Source: Candidatus Latescibacterota bacterium | GTDB taxonomy: Bacteria > Latescibacterota > UBA2968 > SICM01 | Direction: 5' to 3' | DNA length: 64,000 bases | Assembly: GCA_965217865.1 (NCBI GenBank) | Contig: CBDCJO010000001.1 | Span: forward strand, 576,001 to 640,000 | In this document: piece after piece, positions 1 to 9,929 of the stretch | Numbering within the stretch: the stretch's first letter is position 1 | How the letters are laid out: each line of letters opens with the position of its first letter | Program-made: the position numbers and the translations under genes | Notes under the pieces: model-generated | Databases searched by the model: none | What the model saw: only the letters and a program-made list of their open reading frames with translations | What the model was told of the DNA's origin: nothing

Positions 1-435
1 GGCCCATCTTCATAGATCCACCCGGAACCTCGGCCCGTAAGATCTACAACGTGAACGGTCCCTTCTTTCTCGTCGGACACGTGAAGTGCAAACCAGCTTT
101 CGTCACGTGACCAGGGGAATCGACCAAATCGGTGACCATTTGACTCGGGCAGGAGCGAGGATATTCTTTGACGTTGAAGATCAAATAAATGCACTTTCTT
201 AGGCTTGTTAAGCTCCTCCAGGTTTTGCCGATGAAATGCAATCAGGTCACCGGATGGGGACCAATTTGGAAACCTGTCCACACTGTCCTTCGATGCGGTC
301 AATCTATCAAGTTTGCCGCTATCCAATGTGAGGTGAAAAATGTCAGGTGGCCGTTTATTCAATTGCTCGGTACTGTGCTTTTCGTAGGCAGAAAACACGA
401 GGCTTGTGCCGTTTGGCGACCACTGGCTGAACCCC
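1..435 (-). pseudogene. TolB/PD40-like beta-propeller protein fragment (runs off window edge, 5' part missing)
   Basis: Manual minus-strand translation, not in the ORF track: FSQWSPNGTSLVF...PDIFHLTLDSGKLDRLT...PNWSPSGDLIAF...FPWSRDESWFA. Repeated WSPxG-type motifs; frame open to position 1. Confidence 0.7.
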
Positions 436-439
436 GCAG

Positions 440-825
440 GCGTCCGGTCGGGACGACGAAACCGGCTCGCTCGATGTCGATCAGGAGGTTCCGGAAGAAC
501 TGCTTTCACTCATGGCTGAGGCCGAGGACGATCCCGACTGGTTGGCGAAGCGTCACCTCGACAACAAGCTCCAAACGCCATACGACACGAGCCGCCTCGA
601 CATCCTCCTCAGGAACACCTACCGCCACGCCCACCTCTCTCTTGAAGAACAGGGCGTCAACATCCTCTACCTGGCCCTGGGAACGCTCAACTGGTATGAA
701 TCGAAGTCGAGCGACATCCAGCTGATGGCGCCCCTGGTTATGGTCCCGGTAGAGCTGTCGCGGGAAAGCGCACGGGCTCGCTTCAAGGTGCGTTGGACGG
801 GCGAGGAGATCGACGGGAACTCGGA
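440..825 (+). pseudogene. DUF4011-domain (large SF1 helicase) internal fragment
   Basis: ORF 512-892 contains LEEQGVNILYLALGTLNWYE...APLVMVPVELSR, typical of DUF4011; similarity stops at about 825. Confidence 0.8.
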
Positions 826-838
826 TACGGTCAACCGC

Positions 839-1387
839 CTACGGTATCGGCGAAGAATGCGTCTCGCCATCCCGGCCTCTTATCTCTCCTAATTGTTCGA
901 GTGCATCCCGGTGCAGCTTTCGCAAGTTCGAGGCTATCTCCGCGATTTTCCCCGTCGTCACGTGCACCTCAACGACGATGCTGTCCCTTCTGGGTGTCTG
1001 CTGCACCATCTCCCACGCTTCCCATCGGCCTCCATTTGTTAGCACTGCGTAACGGGCGCCGATTTCCGTTGCGTATCCAGACGCCTGCCTTCGATCCGTG
1101 TCCTTCGGCCCTGAATCTGGAGGCTTGGCCTCCACAACGGCAAGGAATGCACCTGTCGACGACACGAGAACGTAGTCCACCTTGTTCCCGTTGGCACGAT
1201 GCTCTAGCCGGACCCGCGCCGGGTCTTTGACGTCCCAACCCAATGCGTTCAACACCCCGTCGATAACCAGCGCCCTCGTCGCCGTCTCATTCCCGTGGAG
1301 GTACTCGTAATGCTCGGTCAGAACCTTCCGAGCTTCCTTGATGCTCTCCTCAAGCAGGGTCCCCTTGCCATCCTCCAGCTCAGCCAA
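839..1387 (-). CDS. Stand-alone HsdR N-terminal-like (PD-(D/E)xK) nuclease domain protein
   Basis: NETATRALVIDGVLNALGWD...VDYVL...VVEAK...YAVLTNGGRW; AGGGAG RBS upstream of TTG. Confidence 0.8.
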   Translation of the reverse strand: MAELEDGKGTLLEESIKEARKVLTEHYEYLHGNETATRALVIDGVLNALGWDVKDPARVRLEHRANGNKVDYVLVSSTGAFLAVVEAKPPDSGPKDTDRRQASGYATEIGARYAVLTNGGRWEAWEMVQQTPRRDSIVVEVHVTTGKIAEIASNLRKLHRDALEQLGEIRGRDGETHSSPIP

Positions 1388-1695
1388 TGCTCACTCCCTA
1401 ACCCTTCATGAAAGTATTTGAACTTGGATACCCCTTCCTTTGGAAGGGGAGAAGAAGTTTAGCTTGCCGAAGGCAAGCTAAAAGGGTGTCTTATCGTGTT
1501 CAGACCACTGAGACACAAATCGACTCAGGAGGCATACGATGGGACTCCGACGGACCAGTCACGCAGTCTATGATAGCCAGTATCCTCTGGTATGGGCACC
1601 GAAGTACCGGAAATGGATTCTGCGAGGTGACCTTCGAGCGTATGTGGGCAAGCTGTTTCATCGGATAGCAGAAGATTTTGGGGGTGGGAGTGGTT

Positions 1696-1726
1696 AATGC
1701 CCCGCCCTTTGGGCGGGGTGGTTTAC
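1696..1726. repeat. Hairpin resembling an IS200/IS605-family end; may act as terminator of the Ubl operon
   Basis: ccccgccc-ttt-gggcgggg followed by tggtttac, about 30 bp downstream of the DUF6527 stop. Confidence 0.5.
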
Positions 1727-1758
1727 TCGCACGCGCGTCCCTGTAGTCGCCCGACGGT

Positions 1759-2196
1759 CTACTTGCCACGACGTTCCCATGCCCGGCCCAAGGCCCGAAT
1801 ACTTTCCCAGATCGATCTCCATGAGCTAGGCTGGGTGTCTCTCCTGGGCACTTCGCCTGTTTCCGTTTGGTAGTAGCTGTTGCGTCTGGTCCAGGCCTTT
1901 TGCCGCACCAGCGCGATTTCAGCTTCCGAAAAGCCGCGCGCCCACCGGACGATTCCTTCATCGATCCAGTAGTGTGACCTGCACGAAAAACTCCAGTTCC
2001 CGATGGACGGCTCCAGGGAGATCGTTCTCCCGTCATAGGTGAGCCTCCACTCGACGGGGCCAAGAGGGGTCACCACCTCCTCCCCGCACCCGCACGCACA
2101 CCGGTGGACCACCGTGCCGAAACGCATCGACACATACAGAACACCGTCATCCAGCTGTTCCGGTATGTGATCCACGAATTCGTTGCGCAATCTCAT
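1759..2196 (-). CDS. DUF6527-family protein (peptidase-like component of Bub-type ubiquitination operons)
   Basis: HRCACGCGEEVVTPL...SLEPSIGNWSFSCRSHYWI signature; start overlaps the ThiF stop (ATGA). Confidence 0.85.
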   Translation of the reverse strand: MRLRNEFVDHIPEQLDDGVLYVSMRFGTVVHRCACGCGEEVVTPLGPVEWRLTYDGRTISLEPSIGNWSFSCRSHYWIDEGIVRWARGFSEAEIALVRQKAWTRRNSYYQTETGEVPRRDTQPSSWRSIWESIRALGRAWERRGK

Positions 2197-3383
2197 TGGC
2201 TATCGTCAGCCTGCCCCAGCATCCTGTTGCTCATGTGATTTCCGTCGATCGTGTAAGTGCTCCTGTCCTCTTTGCCAAGGTCCATGTAAAACCCCCGGTG
2301 CTTCTTCCACCGGATTACCGCGAGGGCCGCATTCAGCGCGTTCAGTTCCACGATCTGCACGTTCCTCTCGTACTCGCCGACGTCCCGCAATCCGCCCTCA
2401 CCGCGTCGTACCGCCGAGCTCTTCGGCGTCTCACAGAAGCTCGTTCTCACGACCCCTACCAGCTTGTCGTCCGTCTTCTCGATGCCCATTCCCACGTCGA
2501 CGAACGGCACTCCCATCCGGTCCAGTGTCGGCAGCAGCCACTGCCTAGTTTCGTTGTCGTCGACGGCGACAAACACGAAATCGAGGTCGCCAAGCACATT
2601 GACGTTATCGGCCTCCACATCGAATTCGTGCGCGACGACGCCGCTCCTTATCTTCGCGTACCGTTCGCTGTACAGTTGAGCCTTGGTCGGTCTCTTCTCG
2701 AGCTCCTCGGCTGTCGTCGGACCGGGCGCGCGGAACGCGTTGTGCTGCTCGAACCGGTCGCCGTCGAACAGATGGATCTCCGCGACGCGTGTCTTGCTGA
2801 CGTAATCCAGAATGTACGATCCCGTACCTCCGAGCCCGATTATGCCGATCCTGTCTCCGGACAGTCTCTCGTTCAACCGGGTTATCCCAGCGCGGCTCGA
2901 CGCAGTTTCCATGAACACGAAAGGGTCGTTCGGGTCTGCCGACAGCACCAGTTTCCCCGCGCAGGCTATCGCTCCGGGGTCTATTCGTTTTGCACACCGT
3001 CCAATCACCTGCGCGTAGTGCGTCAGCTTGTGATGGTAATCCTCGTACTTCCCCGCCACCGGCCTTGCCGAGAAGTAATGGTCGACCCATAGGCCTTCGG
3101 CGAGCTCTTGGCGTTGGCTGCTGTTCCGCAGAGCCTCGATCGGCGCACCGCGGTCGTCGCAGGGGTACTCGCCCGCAAAGTACATCGTGTGATCTGGCGG
3201 CGGCCCCGTTTCCGAACCGTCGACGGCTAGGGGACAGACGAGCTGACCGTACTTCACGGTTCGCTCGCTTGTAACGTACGGGACGCGATGCAGCACCAAA
3301 TGCCCGGAGCGGACCTCTATCTCGTAGCCGTCCTCGACGAGTCGCTTAAGGTCCTCCCTACGACTGATCAGTTCTTGTGACAT
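2193..3383 (-). CDS. ThiF/E1-family adenylyltransferase with N-terminal E2-like (DUF6791-type) domain
   Basis: GIIGLGGTGS nucleotide-binding loop, DGDRFEQHNAFR, FVFVAVD; N-terminal domain LVLHRVPYV...DHTMYFAGEYPC. Confidence 0.9.
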   Translation of the reverse strand: MSQELISRREDLKRLVEDGYEIEVRSGHLVLHRVPYVTSERTVKYGQLVCPLAVDGSETGPPPDHTMYFAGEYPCDDRGAPIEALRNSSQRQELAEGLWVDHYFSARPVAGKYEDYHHKLTHYAQVIGRCAKRIDPGAIACAGKLVLSADPNDPFVFMETASSRAGITRLNERLSGDRIGIIGLGGTGSYILDYVSKTRVAEIHLFDGDRFEQHNAFRAPGPTTAEELEKRPTKAQLYSERYAKIRSGVVAHEFDVEADNVNVLGDLDFVFVAVDDNETRQWLLPTLDRMGVPFVDVGMGIEKTDDKLVGVVRTSFCETPKSSAVRRGEGGLRDVGEYERNVQIVELNALNAALAVIRWKKHRGFYMDLGKEDRSTYTIDGNHMSNRMLGQADDSQ

Positions 3384-3630
3384 TGATAATCGTTCCGTCC
3401 CGCACCTTCAGCCTTTGCCCCTCGTCTAGCTCTCCTTCGGGTATTCGGCTGCCGGCCTCCCGGAACGTGATCGTGAACACGATCTGCGGGCCCCTGGCCG
3501 GATCGTCGAATGCAAGGTCCACTAGCTCGTCGAACGACAGTTCGTCACGCTCGACCTGCCTTTGCCGCCCATTGACCGTTATCAAGAACGTCTTGTCGTC
3601 CAATCGGTCTAGTTGGTTTTCCTTACTCAC
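3358..3630 (-). CDS. Multi-ubiquitin-domain (beta-grasp) ubiquitin-like protein
   Basis: FLITVNGRQRQV...LSFDELVDLAF...LKVRDGTIINVTRTDQS; AGGAGGAG RBS; overlaps the ThiF start. Confidence 0.85.
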   Translation of the reverse strand: MSKENQLDRLDDKTFLITVNGRQRQVERDELSFDELVDLAFDDPARGPQIVFTITFREAGSRIPEGELDEGQRLKVRDGTIINVTRTDQS

Positions 3631-3945
3631 GAGATTCTCCTCCTATGCTCAGTCGTGTCCTTAGAGATAGTTTGAAAACGTTCGATGCCTGGCTTCATAA
3701 AACTCACGACCTCGTCCGGCTCGACAAATTTTGTTTCTCCGCCACAGAATTTCTGGAAGAGTTTGTGTGTGTCCGGGGTCTTTCCCACCAGCGCGAGAAT
3801 CTTGATACCCGGAAGATCTGGCTTAGACACGCGTTTTCGCTATCGGTCGATGCCGGATAATGTAGATGTCCGAGGGCGGCTTCTCGACAGCAGGATTCTC
3901 TTTGGCGAATGCCCCAACGCCGAGTTCTTCGATGTTCGGTTCCAT
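3627..3945 (-). pseudogene. Second multi-ubiquitin Ubl gene, degraded
   Basis: ATG at 3945 behind a GAGGAGG RBS. IYIIR, frameshift, IDR*RKRVSKPDLPGIKILALVGKTP...PGIERFQTISKDTTE; matches the multi-ubiquitin consensus. Confidence 0.7.
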
Positions 3946-4117
3946 TAGATTAACCTCCTCCTAGTTGCCCAGGATCACAACTTAAGAGGGTGGCGTCCGA
4001 CAGACCAGAACACGAAGCCTTGGTCAGGTAGTACAGATTTCTGAGAATCTGAATCAAACATCGTACATCTCCTTTGAGAAAGGGCTGAAAGTTTGCGCTT
4101 TGTTTCCGAGACATTAA

Positions 4118-4188
4118 CCCTTATATTATAACCTACCGAATTATGGAGAAGAGCCCTAATAATATAACCCAATTAATTATATTGTCAA
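4118..4188 (-). promoter_or_regulatory. Sigma70-like promoter of the Ubl operon with two 16-bp direct repeats (candidate operators)
   Basis: Minus-strand TTGACA (4183-4188) with TATATT/TATTAT 16-18 bp downstream; cccttatattataacc (4118-4133) vs ccctaataatataacc (4154-4169), 14/16 identical. Confidence 0.6.
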
Positions 4189-4203
4189 GGGGAAAAATTG
4201 GCC

Positions 4204-4533
4204 ATGTCAGAATTTGGAGAGAGGCTGAGGAGAGCAAGGCAGAATAAGGGGATGCTGCAGGAAGACTTAGCACAGGCAATGGGGCTAACTCAGGCATCGA
4301 TTTCCCAGTTCGAGAAGGGACAAAGGACACCCACCCCGGAAAATATCCGTAAATTAGCTCAAATACTGGGGGTGAAGGAGGAGGACCTAGCAGGCAAAGA
4401 TAAGGGGAATTTCGAAAGGGCATTGTTAATGCGAAATATGCGAGATTTGTCCCCTGGATCTCTCAGTAGGATCAACGAGTATGTGGAGCTGATAAAGGAG
4501 AGTGAAAGAGCAAGAAGACGGAGAAAGAGATGA
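4204..4533 (+). CDS. XRE-family HTH transcriptional regulator (CapH-like)
   Basis: FGERLRRARQNKGMLQEDLAQAMGLTQASISQFEKGQRTP; divergent from the Ubl operon. Confidence 0.9.
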   Translation: MSEFGERLRRARQNKGMLQEDLAQAMGLTQASISQFEKGQRTPTPENIRKLAQILGVKEEDLAGKDKGNFERALLMRNMRDLSPGSLSRINEYVELIKESERARRRRKR

Positions 4534-5405
4534 TTTTGAGACGTACAATAGCGGCCTACGCCTCTCAGCTACGTGAAAACATGGGAATCGGTGAAAACGC
4601 CGCCATTGGACACCTCGTTCATCATATCAAAGAAGCGGGATATGAGTATCTTGAGGAATCCTTTGGTGATGAATTTTCAGGATTTTCGCAATCCCTTGGT
4701 GGAGGCAAGTATCTTATAGGATTCAATCGTGAGCACCTCTGGAGCATCAAATTTCAAAGATTCACTTTGTCTCACGAATTAGGGCACCTTACTATCCCGG
4801 AGCACCGCAGGATATTGGACAACACAGGCTTGCATCGGTCCAAGAGTGAGTTTCAATCCCAAGATCCGATTGAGCGGGAGGCGGATTACTTCGCCATATG
4901 CTTTCTGACTCCGAGGAAGTCCTTTCAAGATGCTATGAAACACAAGGAATACACAAAAGACACCATCTTTGGGCTCTCCGAAAAGTTTGGGATATCGGCC
5001 TATGCTACTATCCTTCGGTTCATAGAACTGACAGACCAGTCTTGCACTTTGATCGTGAGTAACAGCACTGGAATGATTGAATACGAAAGACGGTCCAACC
5101 GGATGAAGGAATCCTGCCAACAGAACTTTTTGGCTGGAAAGAAAATTAAGGAGACAACTCTTACTTTTGACTATATCAAGGGCCGGAAAGGGGAGAACAG
5201 CTGTACCGTCTCTCTTCGGGAATGGTTTGAGGATCTGCCTGAAGAGATTGAAATCGATGCGACCGAATCTGTAATCGACCTGGGATATAACAACAAGTAT
5301 CTGACCTTGTTGACTCCACATGTTACGGATGTGGACGAATATAGTAGGGACTGGGAATCACCAAGATCATTCCCAAAACACGGAGGTCGACCTAGTACCT
5401 ATTGA
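4530..5405 (+). CDS. ImmA/IrrE-family metallopeptidase (CapP-like)
   Basis: RFTLSHELGH (HExxH) and EREADYFAICFL; translationally coupled to the HTH gene; last codons come from the IS630 end. Confidence 0.9.
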   Translation: MILRRTIAAYASQLRENMGIGENAAIGHLVHHIKEAGYEYLEESFGDEFSGFSQSLGGGKYLIGFNREHLWSIKFQRFTLSHELGHLTIPEHRRILDNTGLHRSKSEFQSQDPIEREADYFAICFLTPRKSFQDAMKHKEYTKDTIFGLSEKFGISAYATILRFIELTDQSCTLIVSNSTGMIEYERRSNRMKESCQQNFLAGKKIKETTLTFDYIKGRKGENSCTVSLREWFEDLPEEIEIDATESVIDLGYNNKYLTLLTPHVTDVDEYSRDWESPRSFPKHGGRPSTY

Positions 5406-6616
5406 CATTTAAAACGAGCGTGCCGAATGTTTGTTATCTCCCCGATCCGTTCGCTGTGGGAGGAGGATCGGCATGCCCAACAGGAAGTACATCGTCCGTC
5501 CAAGTTGCGATGAGCGGAAGCACTTGCAGGATCTGGTAAGCAAAGGCCGGACACAGGCCTACCGGATCCGACACGCACACATTCTGATGAAGGCCGACGC
5601 GGATGGCCCTTGCTGGGGCGACGAAGCCATCGCCCAAGCGTTTTCGTGCCACAGACGCACCGCGGAAGGCATTCGCAAGCGCTTTGTGGTCCAAGGGCTC
5701 GACGCAGCCCTTGAGCGGAAGAAGCGGGAACGACCGCCCATCGAACCGATTCTGGACGGCGAAAAGGAAGCTCGCTTGATCGCCCTGGCCTGCAGCCAGC
5801 CGCCGAAAGGTCGTAGCCGCTGGACGCTGGAGTTGCTCGCTGACAAGCTGGTTGAACTCAACATCGTCGAGAGCATCTCCTATCGGACCGTGCAACGGGC
5901 GCTCAAAAAAACGAACTCAAGCCCCATCTGAAAACGTGCTGGGTGATTCCGCCCAGGGAAAACGCCGCATTCGTAGCTTGCATGGAGAATCTTCTGGATC
6001 TGTATCACCGGCCCTATGATCCGGAAAGGCCGCTTTTGGCCATGGACGAACACCCCGTGCAGTTGACCGGAGAGACACGCATCCCGGTCCCGGAAAAACC
6101 GGGGCATCCCCGACGTCACGACTATGAGTATGAGCGTAACGGCACAGCCGCGAATTTCTTGTTCCTCGAGCCCCTGACCGGACGTCGGAAGGTCCACGTC
6201 CGGGAACGCAGGACCGCCGTAGACTGGGCTTACGAGATCCAGGAACTGCTTGAGGTGGACTACCCGGATGCGCAAGTCGTGGTGCTGGTCTGCGACAACC
6301 TCAGCACTCACACCATCGCATCTCTCTACAAGGCCTTCCCACCCGAAAAGGCCCGTTCTCTAGCCAAACGCCTCGAATTGCACTACACGCCCAAGCACGG
6401 TAGCTGGCTCAATATCGCCGAGATCGAACTGAGCGTCCTTGCCAGACAATGCCTGCACAGCCGCATTCCTGACCTGCAGACCCTCACCAACGAAGTGGAG
6501 GCCTGGAAATGTGATCGAAACGAGAAACACAGAACCCTTGATTGGCAGTTCACGACCACCGACGCCCGCATCAAACTGAAGAAGCTATATCCCAAGTTTT
6601 AGGTGTCATGGTGTAC
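5395..6616 (+). mobile_element. IS630-family insertion sequence, full length
   Basis: Imperfect IRs ctagtacctattgaca / tgtcatggtgtactag in CTAG context (TA duplication); two ORFs joined at an A7 slippery run (5905-5911). Confidence 0.92.
5473..6602 (+). CDS. IS630 transposase (programmed frameshift; ORFs 5431-5931 and 5943-6602)
   Basis: HTH part RWTLELLADKLVEL; DDE part MDEHPVQL...DNLSTH...TPKHGSWLNIAEIE. Confidence 0.9.
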
Positions 6617-6783
6617 TAGGTAGAGGGAGGAACCCCGGACAGGCGATTTCACAAAGTCAGTCACTAAACACTTTCGGATTAGCAGATAAGGGCTTGAAGG
6701 TATGGGGGGTGTCGTTGGAAACCCGGCAATGATTGAGGTTTCAGAACACAGAGCACTTATAGAGGGGAGAGGTCATCGCGTAC

Positions 6784-7011
6784 TTGTTGCCTGATGTCAT
6801 CAATTCCGCAGGTCTGGCTCTTGATATTGTCGCCGTTATCCTTTTGTTTTTCTATGGCTTGCCGGCGGAAGTTAGGAAGGAACAGATGATGACCTGGGGC
6901 GAGGATGCTGAGCAGGTGAGGAAGTGGAACCGCAACAAGAAAATTTCCCGCTTGGCACTCGCTCTTCTTGTTTTCGGCTTTTTGCTTCAACTCGTTAGTA
7001 ACTGGATGTGA
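6784..7011 (+). CDS. Small two-TM membrane protein
   Basis: Two hydrophobic segments (GLALDIVAVILLFFYGL; LALALLVFGFLLQLV); GA-rich RBS upstream. Confidence 0.6.
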   Translation: MLPDVINSAGLALDIVAVILLFFYGLPAEVRKEQMMTWGEDAEQVRKWNRNKKISRLALALLVFGFLLQLVSNWM

Positions 7012-7053
7012 GACTTATGGGAATTGTATACATAAGTTAACCTCAATTCGCAA

Positions 7054-7620
7054 TTATTTTTCCTTTCGGTAAGGCCGCGTCCCACCGTTGGGAGAGCAAA
7101 GCGTTCTTATCACGATCTTCCAGACAATACGCATACGCTGCCGGGAGTACATCCGTACGTCATTCGCCAACCGTTCCGGCGACGACCGTGCGCGTTCCCA
7201 AACGTCCCGGATGTAAGCCAGCGCTTGGTTGCCCGTAGTCGTGTCCGGGAACTCGCGAGGAAAATCGGAGCGTTCCAACTCCGTCCGAAGCGATTCATTG
7301 ATGCAATCCAGCGGCACGATCCAACCGCCGAGGGAGCCTCGAAGACGCCCCCCGACCCGCTGGACGATCCGATCGAGCGGGACACGTCCGCTGTCGCTCG
7401 ACTGCACGGTGAGATTCTGTATTGCCTGTTCAAAATAATACCGGTCCTCGTCCGTTATTATCTGTTCGCGGCACTCGCGAAGAAGCTGTGCAAGATCCTC
7501 CGCATCGAGCCGGGAGCCCGACGCCAAGAGTCTACGGAGCGGAGTGGCTTCTGGAATCGCCGAGCCGAGAACCATCCCTTCCTGCTCAAGCACGGACAGG
7601 AGGTTAGATGACAGTTGCGC
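7054..7620 (-). pseudogene. Internal fragment of a large unknown protein
   Basis: Protein-like composition in ORF 7054-7695; no credible start, both ends abut unrelated sequence. Confidence 0.4.
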
Positions 7621-7782
7621 CACGGGCTCCGGGGACCGCTGTTCGAGAATGCGGTCGTGGTGGAGGTCCTCAAGCGTCGTTTCAATCGGGAGCACCGATC
7701 CAATCTGTCCTTTTTTCGCGACACCCGGGGGTTGGAGTGTGACCTCCTGTATGCGAACGGCGAGCGAGGGGAGGGTGCCTGA
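7621..7782 (+). pseudogene. DUF4143/AAA ATPase C-terminal fragment
   Basis: Manual translation: HGLRGPLFENAVVVEVLKRRFN...LSFFRDTRGLECDLL. Confidence 0.75.
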
Positions 7783-8270
7783 TGGACGTCTTCGCTTTCC
7801 GAGAAGAGCTTGTATCCGAATACGAACGCTTTTCTCGAAGCTTCACCAGAATCCGCGCGGCAGACATCCTCCAGGCCGTCGACGAGGCTTACGCGGGCGG
7901 CCGTTTTTGGCCCGCCCCGCTCATCCAGTTGAACCCGAACTTCGTGCCGGGAGGGTCCATCGACGACCTTGTGTCACACGGCACCCTCGACCCGGAATGC
8001 GGAAAGATCTTCCGGATCAAGAAACCAACCGACACCTTCGGCAAACAACTCGTACTGCACCAGCATCAGACCGAAGCCATCGACATCGCGCGGCGAGGCG
8101 AGAGCCATGTGCTGACGACGGGTACAGGTTCCGGCAAGTCGCTCAGTTATTTCATCCCCATCATCGACGACGTGTTGCGGCGCAAGAAGTCCGGTGACCC
8201 CTGTCCGGGCATCTCTGCAATCGTCGTGTATCCAATGAACCCTCTGTGCAACAGCCAACTCGACAGATCC
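7782..8270 (+). pseudogene. DEAD/DEAH (SF2) helicase N-terminal fragment of the defence-island type
   Basis: LHQHQTEAI (Q motif), TGTGSGKS (Walker A), VYPMNPLCNSQ (motif Ia); truncated right after. Confidence 0.85.
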
Positions 8271-8906
8271 ACTCGAAACCCTTGATCGAGCGCTGCTATC
8301 GCGAGTTCCTGCTCTGCACCGCGGCGCGCGCCAACTCGAGGCTTTCGCGGAGGTGCTCTCCGTGGTCGACGTCGACCAGTTCTACGGCATTGAGCTTGGT
8401 GAGTTCCCCACCCGCATCGCGGAAACAGCGATGTGGATGATGGACCACATCATGAACAACAGGCTCAGCCTGGAGTTCGGTCAGACCTATGCGCGCATCT
8501 CTCTGGAGAAGTCACCTCATATCGTCCATGGCGATGCGCTGGATACCGACTGGTCGGACTTGCTGCCGCCGGAGAAGTGTTCCTTCGTGTTTGGCAATCC
8601 ACCCTTTCGTTGGCGCGAAATATCAGTTGGCTGAACAACGCGCACAAGTGCGCCGCATCGCAGCATTGGGGAAGTCTGGCGGCACGCTGGACTATGTGAC
8701 CGCGTGGTTCATCAAGGCAGGTGGGTATCTCCGGAAAGGCCGCACGCGTATCGGTTTCGTCGCCACCAATTCGATCACTCAAGGCGAACAGGTTGGGCAA
8801 CTCTGGCCGATCCTGTTCGACCGTTGCAAGTTGGAGATCGCCTTCGCGCACCGCACCTTTGCCTGGGGATCGGACGCACGTGGCAAGGCACACGTGCATG
8901 TCGTGA
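8271..8906 (+). pseudogene. MmeI-like type IIL R-M DNA methyltransferase fragment, frameshifted
   Basis: QFYGIELGEFPTRIAETAMWMMDH, GNPPF, then +1 frame VGAKYQ...DYVTAWF...FVATNSITQGEQV...AHRTFAW. Confidence 0.85.
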
Positions 8907-9650
8907 AATGCCGGGTCAGCAAATTCTTATAGGCCGGCTCGACTTTCTCGCTGTTCTGAAATTCATGCCACTCCGCTACGACCTTGCCTTCCGGAAAGTC
9001 CATGAATCCAGGGGCTACACCCATCAGTATCTCCCAGGGCTACTTCTTCGGGTGTCGATCGAAGAACGGCAGGCAGTTCGCTTGGGGGGACATAAGGACG
9101 TCGGGCGTTGTCAGAGGCTGCGATGCTCGAACACCAAGCCGGCATTAAATAAATCACGGTAAAGCATAATAGAAACCGGAAGATACCTGGGAGATTCCCG
9201 GCATTCATCATCGGACTACGGCCTCCTTCCTCAGAACGGAACCGCTTGGCTGAGACACTAAAAAGATCCACGTGCCAACCCTCAGAGGAGGATAAAACTC
9301 TAATAAGATGCGATTATTCAGGTATCTCTCTGTTCCGGGACAGATAGTTCCACCGCTATCTCTTCCCCATACGCTCACTTTGTACCCGACCAGATCAATT
9401 CTCGTCGTGTCAATATGAGAAAACAACCTACATCCAGAGCCAGCCCAGCCATGAAATCGTACGCGCATGGTATCGGAGACCCTCAAGGGAGATGCAACCG
9501 TCAGGCTGTCAACATGGATTTGATAAAACCGACCATCAGGGTCCGGTTTATCCGAGTTAAAAGGGTTAAGGCCGCAGGACACCATCAGAAAGGTCAATGA
9601 GACAAGGACCAGGATTTTTCGTCGCATTACCGATGCTCCTTTCTCCCTCC
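8907..9650 (-). repeat. Duplicated cassette, copy 1 (homologue at 25098-25920)
   Basis: Long stretches near-identical to 25098-25920, same orientation. Confidence 0.9.
9208..9627 (-). CDS. Lipoprotein, paralog 1 (139 aa)
   Basis: MRRKILVLVSLTFLMVSC signal and lipobox; AAGGAG RBS; two conserved Cys (GSGC, CPG). Confidence 0.75.
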   Translation of the reverse strand: MRRKILVLVSLTFLMVSCGLNPFNSDKPDPDGRFYQIHVDSLTVASPLRVSDTMRVRFHGWAGSGCRLFSHIDTTRIDLVGYKVSVWGRDSGGTICPGTERYLNNRILLEFYPPLRVGTWIFLVSQPSGSVLRKEAVVR

Positions 9651-9662
9651 CTCGGGATGGGT

Positions 9663-9809
9663 GGGGAGATGCGGTGGTCCTCGACCAAGCGGACCTGCTA
9701 GACGAGTTCCAACCCGCTCCCCTCACCGAAGCAAGGGGAGATCCGGGAATAAGGGTCGAAACCTTTGAAATGTTACTGTTTCAATCCGCTCCCCTCACCG
9801 AAGCAAGGG
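9663..9809. CRISPR. CRISPR remnant A, left part (37-bp repeat GTTTCAATCCGCTCCCCTCACCGAAGCAAGGGGAGAT)
   Basis: Repeat tail ggggagat ending 9670, 35-bp spacer, repeat 9706-9742 (2 mismatches), 35-bp spacer, truncated repeat 9778-9809; internal CTCCCC/GGGGAG stem; GTTTCAAT end. Confidence 0.85.
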
Positions 9810-9819
9810 CCGCTTTCTA

Positions 9820-9927
9820 GTGCTCAACGCCTTGCGGCATCTGATAGGTAATCACCCGGCTCCAGGGCGCTCTCGATATCGGCCTGGGGAAGTGCTCAAC
9901 GCCTTGCGGCATCTGATAGGTAATCAC
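9820..9927. CRISPR. CRISPR remnant B (36-bp repeat GTGCTCAACGCCTTGCGGCATCTGATAGGTAATCAC, type I-B/Myxan-like repeat family)
   Basis: Two identical 36-bp repeats (9820-9855, 9892-9927) with one 36-bp spacer; GCC/GGC stem. Confidence 0.8.
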
Positions 9928-9929
9928 GG

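Noticed and set aside
1420-1726. TnpB/IscB locus with omega-RNA
   Set aside because: Only end-like hairpins are present; no tnpA, tnpB or iscB coding remnant recognised.
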